Both the position numbers and the translations under genes were made by a program. Source: Candidatus Hermodarchaeota archaeon (GTDB taxonomy: Archaea; Asgardarchaeota; Hermodarchaeia; Hermodarchaeales; Hermodarchaeaceae). From it: a stretch of 64,000 nucleotides of DNA. Where the stretch lies: positions 206,725-270,724 of the forward strand of contig JAEOTO010000032.1 in the NCBI GenBank assembly GCA_016839805.1. The letters run 5' to 3'. A model generated the notes under the pieces. That model saw only the letters and a list, made by a program, of their open reading frames with translations, ran no database searches and was not told where the DNA came from. Positions 17,632 to 28,187 of the stretch are shown here, piece after piece (the first letter of the stretch is position 1; every line of letters begins with the position of its first letter).

Positions 17632-18990
17632 ATGCAGATTACGGTGTGCGGTAGAATATTTCCTTCAAAAGAAGAAGCTGGAAAACTGGATCTCCTAATG
17701 AAACACCAATCAACTTGTATGCGATCAGCTTACAAACGTATTTGTGAAGGAAAAACCAAATCTGAAATAGACCGATTTCTGAAAAATTTGTATCCTGAAT
17801 TGAACTCCCGTTATCGTAGAGATGGCTATTTCAGAGCGCTGGTCAACTATGAAGTAGCAGTGAAATTAGAAAAAATCGGTCTACTTAATTCTATTGAGAA
17901 GGTAATATTCGGTGGTCGAAAAAACTTCCAGCGAAGAGAGCAAGGAAAACTTACATCTGAGGAATGGAAACGGCTAAGGAATAATCAACTTTTTTCAAGG
18001 GGCGACAAATCCAAAAAAGGGAATCTTAACCTGCGATTTTTAGAATTAAATGGGCAATTGTTTCTTCGTGTGAATACAGGTAATCGTACCTGGGTTAACA
18101 TACCCGCTTACCTCCCCAAACATGTAGAAGAAATCGTCAACAGTGTAGTACCTTACGGAGTAAGGATCATAAGGAAAAATGCTTCGTATGAATTACGCGT
18201 TAACCGAAGACAAGATTTCGATAATAAATTTAATTTTGAATTAGGGGCGGTGGGTGTTGATTTCAATCATAATACGGTTGATTTAGCAGTTACCAATAAA
18301 CAAGGACAACTGAAGAAGCAACGAACAATAAATTGCCAATCATTAACTTGTGCTCGTAAAGGAAAACGGGATTGGCTAATTGGGAACCTGGTCAAACATA
18401 TTGTCTATTATGCCAAGTATTGGAAACGGGGACTAGTTATTGAGAATCTGCATAAAGTGACTCAAGGTCAATCAAATCACCATGTGTTCACCTATCGAAA
18501 ATTCTCTGAAGCTATTAAACGACGTGCCAAAAAAGAAGGTGTACAGATTCGAATAATAAATCCTGCATATACCTCTATTATAGGACGATGGAAATACGCC
18601 CCCTATTATCATCTCACGGTCCATCAATCCGCCGCTTTAGTAATTGCGCGGCGGGGACAGGGCTTTTCCGAACATCTCCGAAAGCTCAAGTCTTTAGTCC
18701 TCGAACCAATGGAAGGAGGAGAGGCTAGAGAGCATTCACCCCGTCGTCGGGTACATGCATGGCGTTTTTGGAAAAAGTTGGGAAGCCTACCCTCCCATAA
18801 CGGGATGAACACCCGGCACTCCAACCAACCCTGTAAGATCAATAGGATGGAAAGTTGGAGAACAAGGAGTTCACACGAAAATAATCTGGATACAGACGAC
18901 ATATCCAGAGGGAAGATCGTCATCCCTGGTAGCGGTCCATCACAAAGTGATGTGAATAGGATCCTACATTCCTCAGAAATAGAATCGTAA
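17632..18990 (+). mobile_element. tnpB: Solo TnpB-like RNA-guided nuclease (IS200/IS605/IS607 family), no adjacent TnpA
   Basis: RuvC-I GVDFN, RuvC-II VIENL, NPAYTS, RuvC-III-like HQSAALVIARRG; no zinc finger. Confidence 0.88.
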
Positions 18991-19006
18991 GGATCTGAGT
19001 ACCAGG
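18810..19006 (+). ncRNA. Predicted omegaRNA scaffold / element right end
   Basis: Dense stems over the tnpB 3' end: CTCCAAC/GTTGGAG, TCTGGATA/TATCCAGA, CATCAC/GTGATG, GGATCCT/AGGATCT, long-range CCTGGTA(18925)/TACCAGG(19000). The 5' boundary is approximate. Confidence 0.6.
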
Positions 19007-19036
19007 CCTAAATCCTGACCACTAGACCACGGTCGC
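19003..19036 (-). pseudogene. Orphan 5' half of a tRNA-Gly (probably GCC), truncated at the anticodon
   Basis: GCGACCG-TG-GTCT-AGTGGTCA-GGAT-T-TAGGC-CT-G resembles the 5' half of the nearby Gly(CCC) gene; no matching 3' half seen. Confidence 0.75.
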
Positions 19037-19106
19037 GATAAATTGTGTGAAACTGGAAGAAAGACCCTATAATAATTTCCGATACTAAGTTCTCTATGGT
19101 AAGAAG

Positions 19107-20540
19107 TCAGTTGTCTTCTGTTGCAGGTGGAGAATACCGGTATTGCTGTTGGGTTTTTGCCTTTTCAATAGTTTCAGGGTCAATCCGTTTGAGTTCACGT
19201 TCAGGAAATGTTGAAAGCATTTCCCAACCCAAATCAAGGGTTTGTTCAATAGTGCGTTCTTCGAATTCACCCTGATTTAGGAATTGTGTTTCAAACATTT
19301 CTATGAAGTTCAAATACACCCGATCCCGGTCTGAGAGGGCCCCTTCACCTACAACTGCCACAAGGTCTCGGAGGTCTGAACCTTCGCTAGCAGCATAGTA
19401 TAATTGAGCTTGAACCTCATTATGATCTGCACGAGTATGCCCTTCCCCAATTCCTTCCTTCATTAATCGACTAAGACTCGGTGCAGGGTCAATTGGAGGG
19501 TAGATTCCTTTATTGTGAAGGGAACGACTTGTAATAAGCTGTCCTTCAGTGATATAACCGGTGAGATCAGCTACTGGATGCGTAATATCGTCACCGGGCA
19601 TTGTTAGAATGGGCATTTGTGTGATAGTACCTTTTCGTCCAATGATACGGCCTGCTCGTTCGTAGATAGATGAAAGGTCTGTATAGAGATATCCTGGATA
19701 CCCTCTACGACCAGGTACCTCCTCTCGGGCCGCTGATATCTCACGTAGGGCGTTTGCATAGTTGAGCATGTCTGTTAGTATAACGAGAACATGCATACCC
19801 TGTTCAAAGGCTAGATACTCAGCAATTGTGAGGGCAGTTCGTGGTGTAATAATTCGTTCAATCGGAGGATCATCTGCAAGATTTAACACAAGCACACTTG
19901 TGGCTAACGCGCCCGTCTCTTCTAAAGTCTTCATGTAAAATTGCGCAGTTTCAGCTGTAATTCCGATTGCGCAAAGTATTACGGCAAACTGTTCCTCTTT
20001 ACCCGGAATTTTTGCCTGGCGTGTGATTTGGGCTGCAACCCGATCATGTGGCAAACCGGAACCACTGAAAATTGGGAGTTTCTGACCACGAACGAGCGTG
20101 TTAAGTCCATCAATGACGCTGAGGCCTGTTTGAATAAATTCTCGTGGATATTGTCTTGCATCGGGGTTCATTGGTGCTCCATTGAGATCCAATTCGTCAT
20201 CAGGGACAATCGGTGGTCCCTTGTCAATAGGGATTCCAGAGCCTGTGAGAACTCGTCCGAGTAGATCAATGGTAACCGAAGTTCTCATCGTTTCACCAGT
20301 AAGACGTACTCGAGTTGCCTTCGTGTCAAGTCCACGAGTTCCTTCAAAAACTTGAACTATTGCACGCCCTCTCATAGCCTCTAATACAGTACCTCGACGC
20401 AGAGTTCCATCTGGTGCAGTTACTTCGACAAGCTCATTGTACGCAACATCTCCTACCTTATCCAGAATTAGCAGGGGACCTGAGACAGTGGTCACAGTCT
20501 GATACGTCGGCTTCAAGGCAGAGGTTTGTTTGTCAGTCAT
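19107..20540 (-). CDS. atpB: A/V-type ATP synthase subunit B
   Basis: [38 protein letters not shown]. Confidence 0.97.
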   Translation of the reverse strand: MTDKQTSALKPTYQTVTTVSGPLLILDKVGDVAYNELVEVTAPDGTLRRGTVLEAMRGRAIVQVFEGTRGLDTKATRVRLTGETMRTSVTIDLLGRVLTGSGIPIDKGPPIVPDDELDLNGAPMNPDARQYPREFIQTGLSVIDGLNTLVRGQKLPIFSGSGLPHDRVAAQITRQAKIPGKEEQFAVILCAIGITAETAQFYMKTLEETGALATSVLVLNLADDPPIERIITPRTALTIAEYLAFEQGMHVLVILTDMLNYANALREISAAREEVPGRRGYPGYLYTDLSSIYERAGRIIGRKGTITQMPILTMPGDDITHPVADLTGYITEGQLITSRSLHNKGIYPPIDPAPSLSRLMKEGIGEGHTRADHNEVQAQLYYAASEGSDLRDLVAVVGEGALSDRDRVYLNFIEMFETQFLNQGEFEERTIEQTLDLGWEMLSTFPERELKRIDPETIEKAKTQQQYRYSPPATEDN

Positions 20541-20684
20541 TATTAGCAGCCTCAAATTTTGAGTTTATGTGTTCGAAAATATGACGGGCTTCGGTCACTA
20601 GGCTTGTGCAACTTTTAAGCCTTACTTTAAGACGAGAAAAAACTTTGGAATTTGGTCACTCCTGAAATAAACTAAATTTAAAGA

Positions 20685-21677
20685 TCACGTTTTCAGAAGT
20701 AATGCAGTTTTAGCAATTCCACTATTATAGGCCAACATTTCTTCCATTCGATCAAGAATTATCTGTGTAATGACTGAATCTTCCATAACATCAACGATGG
20801 TTTCGGTTTGTCGCTTCCATTGTCGTAGGAGGGGAATTTCATCAAGTACTTGGCGAACAGTTTCTTGGTTGCGTTGAAGAAAGGCGGAAATTGCCTTTTT
20901 AAAATTATCACAAACCTTTGCTAAAGCTGCAACAGCAATTTTGGCTTGATCGTCCGGTGGTTGGCGACGGGTTAACGCCTCAGCAATATGCTGAGTATTC
21001 TCGTGAATGTTACTTAATTGAAGTACAAAATATGCAGTATCAAAAACATCCGCGGTTTCTAATTTCAAGCCTGGCGGGCGAATGCTCATAGCTTTTCTTA
21101 ATGCACGTTGAGCTCGAAGATAATTCCCGCGTTGGCGCCAACTGTCCTCGATTAATTCATTTGCCATCTGTTCCGTTAAATCGGGACCGGCTCGTAACCC
21201 AGAGATGAGTTTTTCAATTAATTCAATTGTGGTTCGGCTACTCATCTTAACAAATTCCATGATGTCGTGTCCGCGAATGGCACTTACTCCTTTGATAACG
21301 ATTCTCCTGTCGGTGGTTTCTAATATTTCGTATCCAGGAAGCTGATTTACAATCTTATTCAAAATCTTTCGAACGGGTTCGTTCAATCGGCGGCTACTCT
21401 CGATAGTTAGTTGATCATAGCCTACGATGTAATATGTTTCTAGAATTGTTGTAAGCGTGGTTTCGTCCTGTTCTAGGAGACGGATTGTGGCCATTTTTTC
21501 AGAAGGTGTTTCAGAAATTTGTAAGGGAGTGATTCGTAGAGATCCTTCAGTTGCTTCTTGAATGCGAAGTTGTGAGTCAGGTTCAATGGCATATTTCTTA
21601 ATCCAGCGACGAGGTAAGCTCACTACCAGGGTTTTACTTCTCCCCCATTGGATAGCTTTTCGGGTTTCATCGATCAT
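20685..21677 (-). CDS. PhoU/AbrB-family regulator (divergent)
   Basis: ETRKAIQWGRSKTLVVSLPRRW AbrB-like N-terminus, YIVGYD, helical PhoU-like C-terminal part. Confidence 0.8.
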   Translation of the reverse strand: MIDETRKAIQWGRSKTLVVSLPRRWIKKYAIEPDSQLRIQEATEGSLRITPLQISETPSEKMATIRLLEQDETTLTTILETYYIVGYDQLTIESSRRLNEPVRKILNKIVNQLPGYEILETTDRRIVIKGVSAIRGHDIMEFVKMSSRTTIELIEKLISGLRAGPDLTEQMANELIEDSWRQRGNYLRAQRALRKAMSIRPPGLKLETADVFDTAYFVLQLSNIHENTQHIAEALTRRQPPDDQAKIAVAALAKVCDNFKKAISAFLQRNQETVRQVLDEIPLLRQWKRQTETIVDVMEDSVITQIILDRMEEMLAYNSGIAKTALLLKT

Positions 21678-21745
21678 TGGAATACGCCTTTTCCCTGACG
21701 GGGAGGCTAGTTATCAAGTATATTGACCTGATATTGATTATGTAA

Positions 21746-24700
21746 CTAATTCGCTTCAATGGAAATAAATTCGTTGTTAATCTCACTTTCGAGGTCTTGG
21801 AAGTATTTCAGCATTACATCAAGATTCTCATGAGGTTGAACTTTCATACGTGCAATTTTTCCTACTACGGGGAGTGCTATAATCCGACGGAGTGCAGTTC
21901 CCTCATCAATTGCTTGCCGCATACGGTTCCAGAATTCCATGATAATCTTTAGCATCCAATAGCTTTTGGTCTCAGGGCAATAGGTATCAATGGGATGGAG
22001 TGCTGATTGCATTAGGTAGTCTTCCTTAACCATACGTGCTGCCTCTAAAATCGCACGTTCACGTTCAGGTAAAGCATCTGGACCGACTAGTTGGACGATT
22101 TCACGGAGTTCTTTGTCATGTTGAAGAATTGATAGCGCTTCTTCAGTAATTTCGGGCCAATCATTTCCCATCTTGCCTTGGTACCATGTTGCTAATTCGT
22201 CTTTGTATAATGAATAGCTTTGTAGATAGTTAATAGCTGGGAAGAATCGCCTTGAAGCCATATCCTTATCAAGTGCCCAAAAGACCTTCGTTATCCTTAA
22301 TGTTGACTGAGTAACTGGTTCAGAAAAGTCGCCACCTGCTGGTGAGACGGCTCCTGTGACTGTTACACTCCCTATTCGCGTTTCTGAGCCAAGTGTTTCC
22401 ACACGGCCTGCGCGTTCATAGAATTCAGCTAATCGGCTTCCAAGATACGCTGGGTATCCCTCTTCACCTGGCATTTCCTCTAATCGACCAGAGATTTCAC
22501 GTAGTGCTTCAGCCCAGCGGGACGTGCTATCCGCCATCAGAGCAACGTCATATCCTTGGTCTCTGAAATACTCTGCTATGGTAATTCCAGTGTATATTGA
22601 AGCTTCTCTAGCCGCAACTGGCATATTACTTGTATTAGCAACAAGAATTGTTCTTTCCATTAGCGATTTTCCACTTTTGGGGTCCTTAAGCTTAGGAAAG
22701 TCCTCAAGGACTTCTGTCATTTCATTTCCTCTCTCTCCACAGCCAACATAGACAATGATATCAGCATCAGCCCATTTCGCTAATTGATGAAGAGTTACAG
22801 TATTATGAAGTGTAACGGGTAGAACACCACCAACGAAATTATGAGTTTTTTCCACCGTGATGTCATAAACTGGAACGTTTGTTTCAGTAATTTCTATTTT
22901 CTTAATTCGGTCAAAGTAGACTTGCTCGAGGATGTTCAAAATACTTTGTAGTTGTTCTCTTGTTTCTTGAGAGACTTGGGTATTGTTCGCATCTATTATC
23001 TCAAAGATAAGTCGTAATGTGTCGTTAGATGGTGTTTCGTCTAATCTTGTATAATTATCTAAGCGTAAACCACTCATTTTTCTGAAAACATCGTGACCTT
23101 GAGGAGTTTTTCCTTCTGTTTTGAGAGAAAGTAATAGTTGTTGGTTAACAGGAACGACATCTAAGCCAACGAAGTGTGTAATTTCTTGTGATGCATATTC
23201 ATATAACCGTTGAATTTTGATGTAGGGATATACTCCATTATCCTGCATGCATTTTGAAATACGTTCGGCAAATTTCCCATCAATTTCAATTACATACGAG
23301 TCATTCTTCTGTCTAGCCCGGTAAATCAGTCCAAGTCGTGTTAAGAGGTACCCTAAATCGCTATGAAGTTGATGGCTTGCCGTACTTAGTTGAAGGGAAT
23401 ATTTCGAGAAATGTCCATCACCAGCAATATATCCAGTAAGAAAGTGAATGAAGTAATCTTCTGGTGCAATTCGAATACATGAAGGAACACGAACGGTGTG
23501 GGATTTATCATCTCTTGGAAGATCAAGGGAGATTAGGAATTTCTTGAGGCTGGTATTTCGAAGATAGGCATATGGAGTTCTATCAGATGAATCTTGATCG
23601 ATTTTTGGTTCTAGACCAAACACAATTAAGGATAATTCTTTGAAACGATACAAAATTTTTGGAGAAGAATTGTATAAGTAAATCCCTTGATATTTTCCTT
23701 TGAAATGTCCATCAGCCACAAATAATCCAAGCCATTCTGAAAGTTCCTTAGTAAGCTTGGTTGGAATGCGAAAGGGTTCTGACCCTCTTTCTGCTTTAAC
23801 GAGAGCAACAGGTATTCGAGGTTTACCTACGAATTTCACTAATTTATCAAGAAATCTGAGCGTGGGTTTATTTTTTCCACTCTTATAACCAATGAGGACA
23901 TCATAAGAAACTTCTAATTTCTTTGACAGAACTTTTAGTGTCATCTGTTTTTGGAGACTCTGAATCAACTCTTGCATCATTTGAATAGCTTGTGGGTCGA
24001 CTACACGCAAAGAGAGATCTATTTCATAAGAGTCAAATTGGGGGATTTGACCGGGTATGTTTAGTTTTCTTGGTACGACGAGGTGATCACCTACATTTAA
24101 TTGCTGAGCTTCAACTTCTTCGATTATTTCACCATTAAATCGGAAGAGCTTGTGAACTGGTGTAACCTCTACAGTTCGTCCAGAACGAGTAGTAATCTTC
24201 ACAATCGCAGGAGTTGTTCCTCTGTATATGTGAGTTGCTTTAGCGGGAATGTATCTTGCTCCATCAAATGATAGGATTCGAAGAGGAGTTTTCAGACTAA
24301 TAAGTGTCTCATCTTCTGAATCTTGTTCAATAAATTCCCCTTGTTGTAAGAATTTCTTGTATAAGACTTGAATTGGTGTGGTGTCGCCATTCGAAAGTAA
24401 AACAGGAGTATCACCTGTCACACATTTTCCGGTGCCAAACCCTCCAGGAATGGCTCCAGTTCCACCTTTTGCAACTGGGAAGAAGGTATCAATGACACGT
24501 TGGCCTGTGTATAAGGGTACTTCGGTGCTAATTTTTGTTTTATAGGGTCGACCAATACGTACGGGCCATCGTTGGGTTAGTTTAATGTCACTTTTACCCG
24601 AAGGGGTTTGAATCTGTGCGATGACGTCCTTGATAGTGTAATCACCGCCATTGACTATCTGCGTTACTTTGCCCTCAATCCCAGGCGGTACAAGGATGCG

Positions 24701-25144
24701 GTGAAGAAATACGCTCGTTTCTTGTACCGTTCCTATTACATCACCAGCCGCGACTGTTGCACCCTTTGTGACAATGGGCTTAAATGTCCATGGTTTATCC
24801 TCTGGGAGCGGTGGTGCAGTAACTCCTCGTGTAATGAAGTCTCCGATCTGGTTTTTGATACTGGGGAGTGGTCGTTGAATTCCATCAAAAATAGAGCCAA
24901 CTAAGCCTGGACCAAGTTCAACGTCAAGAGAAGTTCCAGTAGCAACAACCGGTTCTCCCGGTTTTAATCCAGATGTTTCTTCATAAACTTGAATATAGGC
25001 TCGATCACCTACAACTCGATTGACTTCACCAATTAATTCCTCTGTCCCAACTTTACAGACCTCAAACATAGTAACTCCAAAAAGTCCATCAGCTTCGATG
25101 AGTGGACCCGCAATTCGTTGTATATTTCCTGTTCGTGTAGACAT
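21746..25144 (-). CDS. atpA: A/V-type ATP synthase subunit A, intein-containing
   Basis: [15 protein letters not shown]|[23 protein letters not shown]. Confidence 0.97.
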   Translation of the reverse strand: MSTRTGNIQRIAGPLIEADGLFGVTMFEVCKVGTEELIGEVNRVVGDRAYIQVYEETSGLKPGEPVVATGTSLDVELGPGLVGSIFDGIQRPLPSIKNQIGDFITRGVTAPPLPEDKPWTFKPIVTKGATVAAGDVIGTVQETSVFLHRILVPPGIEGKVTQIVNGGDYTIKDVIAQIQTPSGKSDIKLTQRWPVRIGRPYKTKISTEVPLYTGQRVIDTFFPVAKGGTGAIPGGFGTGKCVTGDTPVLLSNGDTTPIQVLYKKFLQQGEFIEQDSEDETLISLKTPLRILSFDGARYIPAKATHIYRGTTPAIVKITTRSGRTVEVTPVHKLFRFNGEIIEEVEAQQLNVGDHLVVPRKLNIPGQIPQFDSYEIDLSLRVVDPQAIQMMQELIQSLQKQMTLKVLSKKLEVSYDVLIGYKSGKNKPTLRFLDKLVKFVGKPRIPVALVKAERGSEPFRIPTKLTKELSEWLGLFVADGHFKGKYQGIYLYNSSPKILYRFKELSLIVFGLEPKIDQDSSDRTPYAYLRNTSLKKFLISLDLPRDDKSHTVRVPSCIRIAPEDYFIHFLTGYIAGDGHFSKYSLQLSTASHQLHSDLGYLLTRLGLIYRARQKNDSYVIEIDGKFAERISKCMQDNGVYPYIKIQRLYEYASQEITHFVGLDVVPVNQQLLLSLKTEGKTPQGHDVFRKMSGLRLDNYTRLDETPSNDTLRLIFEIIDANNTQVSQETREQLQSILNILEQVYFDRIKKIEITETNVPVYDITVEKTHNFVGGVLPVTLHNTVTLHQLAKWADADIIVYVGCGERGNEMTEVLEDFPKLKDPKSGKSLMERTILVANTSNMPVAAREASIYTGITIAEYFRDQGYDVALMADSTSRWAEALREISGRLEEMPGEEGYPAYLGSRLAEFYERAGRVETLGSETRIGSVTVTGAVSPAGGDFSEPVTQSTLRITKVFWALDKDMASRRFFPAINYLQSYSLYKDELATWYQGKMGNDWPEITEEALSILQHDKELREIVQLVGPDALPERERAILEAARMVKEDYLMQSALHPIDTYCPETKSYWMLKIIMEFWNRMRQAIDEGTALRRIIALPVVGKIARMKVQPHENLDVMLKYFQDLESEINNEFISIEAN
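22802..24424 (-). mobile_element. Intein (541 aa) with LAGLIDADG homing endonuclease in the AtpA P-loop
   Basis: K240|CVTGDT...TPVH...WLGLFVADG...[10 protein letters not shown]...VYDITV...HNF...LHN|T. Confidence 0.95.
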
Positions 25145-25231
25145 AATCAACCGCCTTTTTTGAAACTCTGCTAACAAGTGTCACTATCAGCTATACTCAA
25201 TTGACAAAAAGTTTATGGTAATTATCCAGTT

Positions 25232-25555
25232 TCAAAATCCTTCTAGTTCTACTCCAATTGCACGTTTGACTAGGCGTCGAAGTGGGCTTTCTTTCTTTGC
25301 AAGGCGACCACTTTTTTCAGGAATTTCCACAATTACTGGATATGGACGCTGAGAAATCTCCTCAATATTCTCTCGGATATCTTCTGCCAACGGTTCAGTG
25401 ATGATTATTATCGAAACATCAGAATCACGCGAAAAATCGAGTAAAGCTCTCCGAGTTGATGCAGGATCAGTTGGAATATCTGATTTGAGAATACCTGCTA
25501 ACCTAAATCCCACAACAGTATCGATGTCACCAATTATGGCAATTTTATCAGTCAT
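25232..25555 (-). CDS. atpF: A/V-type ATP synthase subunit F
   Basis: KIAIIGDIDTVVGFRLAG, PVIVEIP, VKRAIGV; start reassigned to ATG 25555. Confidence 0.95.
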   Translation of the reverse strand: MTDKIAIIGDIDTVVGFRLAGILKSDIPTDPASTRRALLDFSRDSDVSIIIITEPLAEDIRENIEEISQRPYPVIVEIPEKSGRLAKKESPLRRLVKRAIGVELEGF

Positions 25556-26345
25556 TTTGATTCGTCTCTTTTTTTTCGTTGAGAGGAGATTTTTGCAGAG
25601 TGTGCAATCGACGTAACATCGCTTCAATTGATTCCATTCGAGATATCGCCAAGGGAACCCGTTCTCTGTTTGCGAGCTCGATTGCAAGATAATCGATTTG
25701 TTCTACACCATGTAATACAAAAAGACTTGGTTTTATTTCCCCCTTCACTGCAACTAGGGGCGATCTACCTGTTGATACATGGACAAGAATAAGAGCTCGG
25801 TCAGTCGTTGCTTCAAAAAGTTTGAGAAATCCAACGCTAGACAATACGTCAAGTGCTTTTGTAGTGTTTACCACCAAGTATCCGAGAATTTCTCGGTCGA
25901 GAAGCTCTTCACCAGCCACAACCTGACCCCGGATACATTCAATGAAATCTTGTACTTTTACACTTTGGCTGAACTCTCTAATATCAATAATAATGTTCGT
26001 GGGTATCTCAACTCCCATTAAACGTTGAAAGGCATTGACTATTTGCCCTCCATTTTGTTCATCTAACATAATGATGGCTTCTACAAAGCGTTTAATGGTT
26101 TTAGCACCCGGCGATTGGCGACGCCCGCTCTCATAATCACTGATAACCGAAGGAGACACACTTCGTTCTCGCCCCTCCGAATCTGTATAGACTAGTGACT
26201 CAGCCAATTGAATTTGTGGAATGTGAAACATTTCACGCCATTTACGCATAACACGACCTGGGTTTTCCGATAATGAAATCTCGCCTGCAATACGTCGAGC
26301 AAGACGCTGTCTAATTTGTGCCGCCACAGGCATAGCTACACGCAC
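25548..26345 (-). CDS. Archaeal HTH transcriptional regulator (COG1709-like)
   Basis: IAGEISLSENPG..MRKWRE, SPSVISDYESGRR, VSTGRSP. Confidence 0.85.
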   Translation of the reverse strand: MRVAMPVAAQIRQRLARRIAGEISLSENPGRVMRKWREMFHIPQIQLAESLVYTDSEGRERSVSPSVISDYESGRRQSPGAKTIKRFVEAIIMLDEQNGGQIVNAFQRLMGVEIPTNIIIDIREFSQSVKVQDFIECIRGQVVAGEELLDREILGYLVVNTTKALDVLSSVGFLKLFEATTDRALILVHVSTGRSPLVAVKGEIKPSLFVLHGVEQIDYLAIELANRERVPLAISRMESIEAMLRRLHTLQKSPLNEKKETNQND

Positions 26346-26451
26346 TCAACCATACTTTAAGTGCTTTACGCAATTTAACGAAATATACTAGATTTCTAAC
26401 AAAATTGACGAATTTTTATGAGAAAAAAAACGCTTTCAGGTAGAGGAAAAA

Positions 26452-26652
26452 TGGTGGGCCGACGGGGATTTTCCCAAGATGGCAATTACCATCTAGCTTT
26501 GAACCCCGGATCTCACGGATTGTCGCTATGGGTTTGGACTGACCGCATAGTCCCGAACCGCGAATCTTCGGCGGTTAGAAGGAACTGGTCCTTTCACTTA
26601 TACCATGCTAGTCCGAAAAAGTGAATTTTTCGGTTATCTAGACCATCGACCC
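26452..26652 (-). tRNA. tRNA-Pro(CGG) with four introns (26606-26635, 26567-26599, 26520-26551, 26469-26497)
   Basis: Removing 30+33+32+29 nt at BHB-type junctions yields a 77-nt cloverleaf: GGGTCGATGGTCTAGATTGGTATGATTCGCGGTTCGGGTCCGTGAGATCCGGGGTTCAAATCCCCGTCGGCCCACCA. Confidence 0.85.
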
Positions 26653-26680
26653 ATTGCTGCAGTCTACCGTCAAATACTGA

Positions 26681-27520
26681 TTAAAATTTTTCTTCCTTGG
26701 TTTTTCTCCTCGATTGAAGGTCTTCGAGTCTTCCCAATGGCGTGTGATCAAGCAGAAAGATTTCCGAATTATTCATTGAAAGGTGTCGAAACAAGGGGAT
26801 TCCCAGATGATTTTCTGTTACCTCACTATTAAGGACGTGACCTCTAAGCAGATCAAGGAAAGCTGGTAAAATTAGTACCCTCATATTAAGCAACTGATCA
26901 ACGTTTGCCCTCCTTGAGTCAATAGTTGCTTTTCCCAACCATTTTTTCATTGCATCAATTATAGTTGGTTTCCATTTTGCCTTAACCCAAACCCGGTGAG
27001 TAGTAATCCGGTTTTTTAGAGATGAAATGGCAATAACTGGATGAATATGGGCCATTAGAAGACTACTACAATCGAGGATGTCTTGTGTGGGTTGGGCATG
27101 ACCGTGAATAAGAAATACTTGCTGGGAATCAAAGCTGAGTTTGAAACCGGAGGCTGGGATAATCTGGGTGTCATCGGGAACGACCAATTCTATGTCGGCA
27201 TCATGATTTCCCCGCACAATGGTTAATGATGCCTTTTGTTTAATTTGGTTTAACAATACAGCAACCTTATGGAACTCTTGCGGTGAAAAATCACGAATTG
27301 AGTGTTTTAAATCGCCTAAAATAATCACTTCACTAGGCTTGACATTGGCAACCAATTGTTCAAAACGTTGAATAATCCGTTCTGCAAGGTTTATTGAATA
27401 TTGATCTTTCTTAAAGAGAGTGCGCTCGTAACCGATGTGTAAATCTGCGACGACAAGGATACGACGCGATTTTTCTTGAAGTAATAGTGCGGGTTCGTTT
27501 TTTATTAGTTTCAAATGCAT
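26681..27520 (-). CDS. Calcineurin-like metallophosphoesterase
   Basis: ADLHIG, GDLKH, RGNHD, HGH, HIHP. Confidence 0.9.
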   Translation of the reverse strand: MHLKLIKNEPALLLQEKSRRILVVADLHIGYERTLFKKDQYSINLAERIIQRFEQLVANVKPSEVIILGDLKHSIRDFSPQEFHKVAVLLNQIKQKASLTIVRGNHDADIELVVPDDTQIIPASGFKLSFDSQQVFLIHGHAQPTQDILDCSSLLMAHIHPVIAISSLKNRITTHRVWVKAKWKPTIIDAMKKWLGKATIDSRRANVDQLLNMRVLILPAFLDLLRGHVLNSEVTENHLGIPLFRHLSMNNSEIFLLDHTPLGRLEDLQSRRKTKEEKF

Positions 27521-27583
27521 AATATCTCTAAAGTATTCACTTGATAGGTATTTTTTTCTTTGTGATATGAAACAGGTGTAGCA

Positions 27584-28018
27584 ATGAAAGACGAAATCAA
27601 CGTTGTGATTCAAACAATTCGAAAAAAACAAGGCATTTCAGGCTCAGAACTTGTTGTACTTGCACAGTTTTTTGGAGATCGGTTTTGGAAGGCTCTTCAG
27701 GCCGTAGTTAATGATTTAGTGAAAAAATACACCTTTGAACCAAGCGGAAGAGATGCATGGATTGTCGTTGGTAAGGCACGGGACTACCGCGTTTTATCTG
27801 AGGTTTATTGTGATTGCGACGATTTTTACATCAACGTAATTGTGAAACGCAGCGCTGATCTTTGTTACCATATTCTAGCAAAAATCCTCGCCGAGGCCCT
27901 TGGGGTGTTTTCTGAAATTTGTGTGGATGATATGATGTATGATACGCTCCGCGATGAATGGGAGGCAATTCCTGAACCTCAATCAACTAGAAAAGGCAAG
28001 AAGCGGAGCATTGAGTAA
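27584..28018 (+). CDS. SWIM zinc-finger protein
   Basis: YCDCDDF...CYHI. Confidence 0.8.
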   Translation: MKDEINVVIQTIRKKQGISGSELVVLAQFFGDRFWKALQAVVNDLVKKYTFEPSGRDAWIVVGKARDYRVLSEVYCDCDDFYINVIVKRSADLCYHILAKILAEALGVFSEICVDDMMYDTLRDEWEAIPEPQSTRKGKKRSIE

Positions 28019-28061
28019 AAGTTTTAAACCTGCTAAGGGATTTGGCAGAACGGTTCTCCCC

Positions 28062-28169
28062 ATGAATCTAATATACCAGATTTACTATCTTGTGGCTCTC
28101 GGATTAGCAATTATTAGTGGATTTCTTATCTTAGCGTATCATCTCCTTAGTGGTCGCGAGGAACGATAA
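28062..28169 (+). CDS. Putative 35-aa single-TM protein
   Basis: TATA-like TTTTAAA ~35 nt upstream of ATG; hydrophobic helix with a charged tail. Confidence 0.4.
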   Translation: MNLIYQIYYLVALGLAIISGFLILAYHLLSGREER

Positions 28170-28187
28170 TTCAGTGATATCATTCTT

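Noticed and set aside
16840-19036. Trans-spliced split tRNA-Gly using the 15-nt complementary repeat
   Set aside because: The sequence following the complementary segment (TGAGCCGTTCTCCGCC...) is not a tRNA 3' half. A partner outside the window cannot be excluded.
18995-19036. tRNA-Thr(GGT) from the loop CTGGTAC
   Set aside because: There is no 3' anticodon stem, T arm or acceptor; the GGTAC belongs to the TnpB end.
26505-26566. Val(GAC) or Met(CAT) identity for the four-intron tRNA
   Set aside because: Both triplets fall inside the 37/38 intron; only CGG gives a 7-nt loop with U33 and G37.
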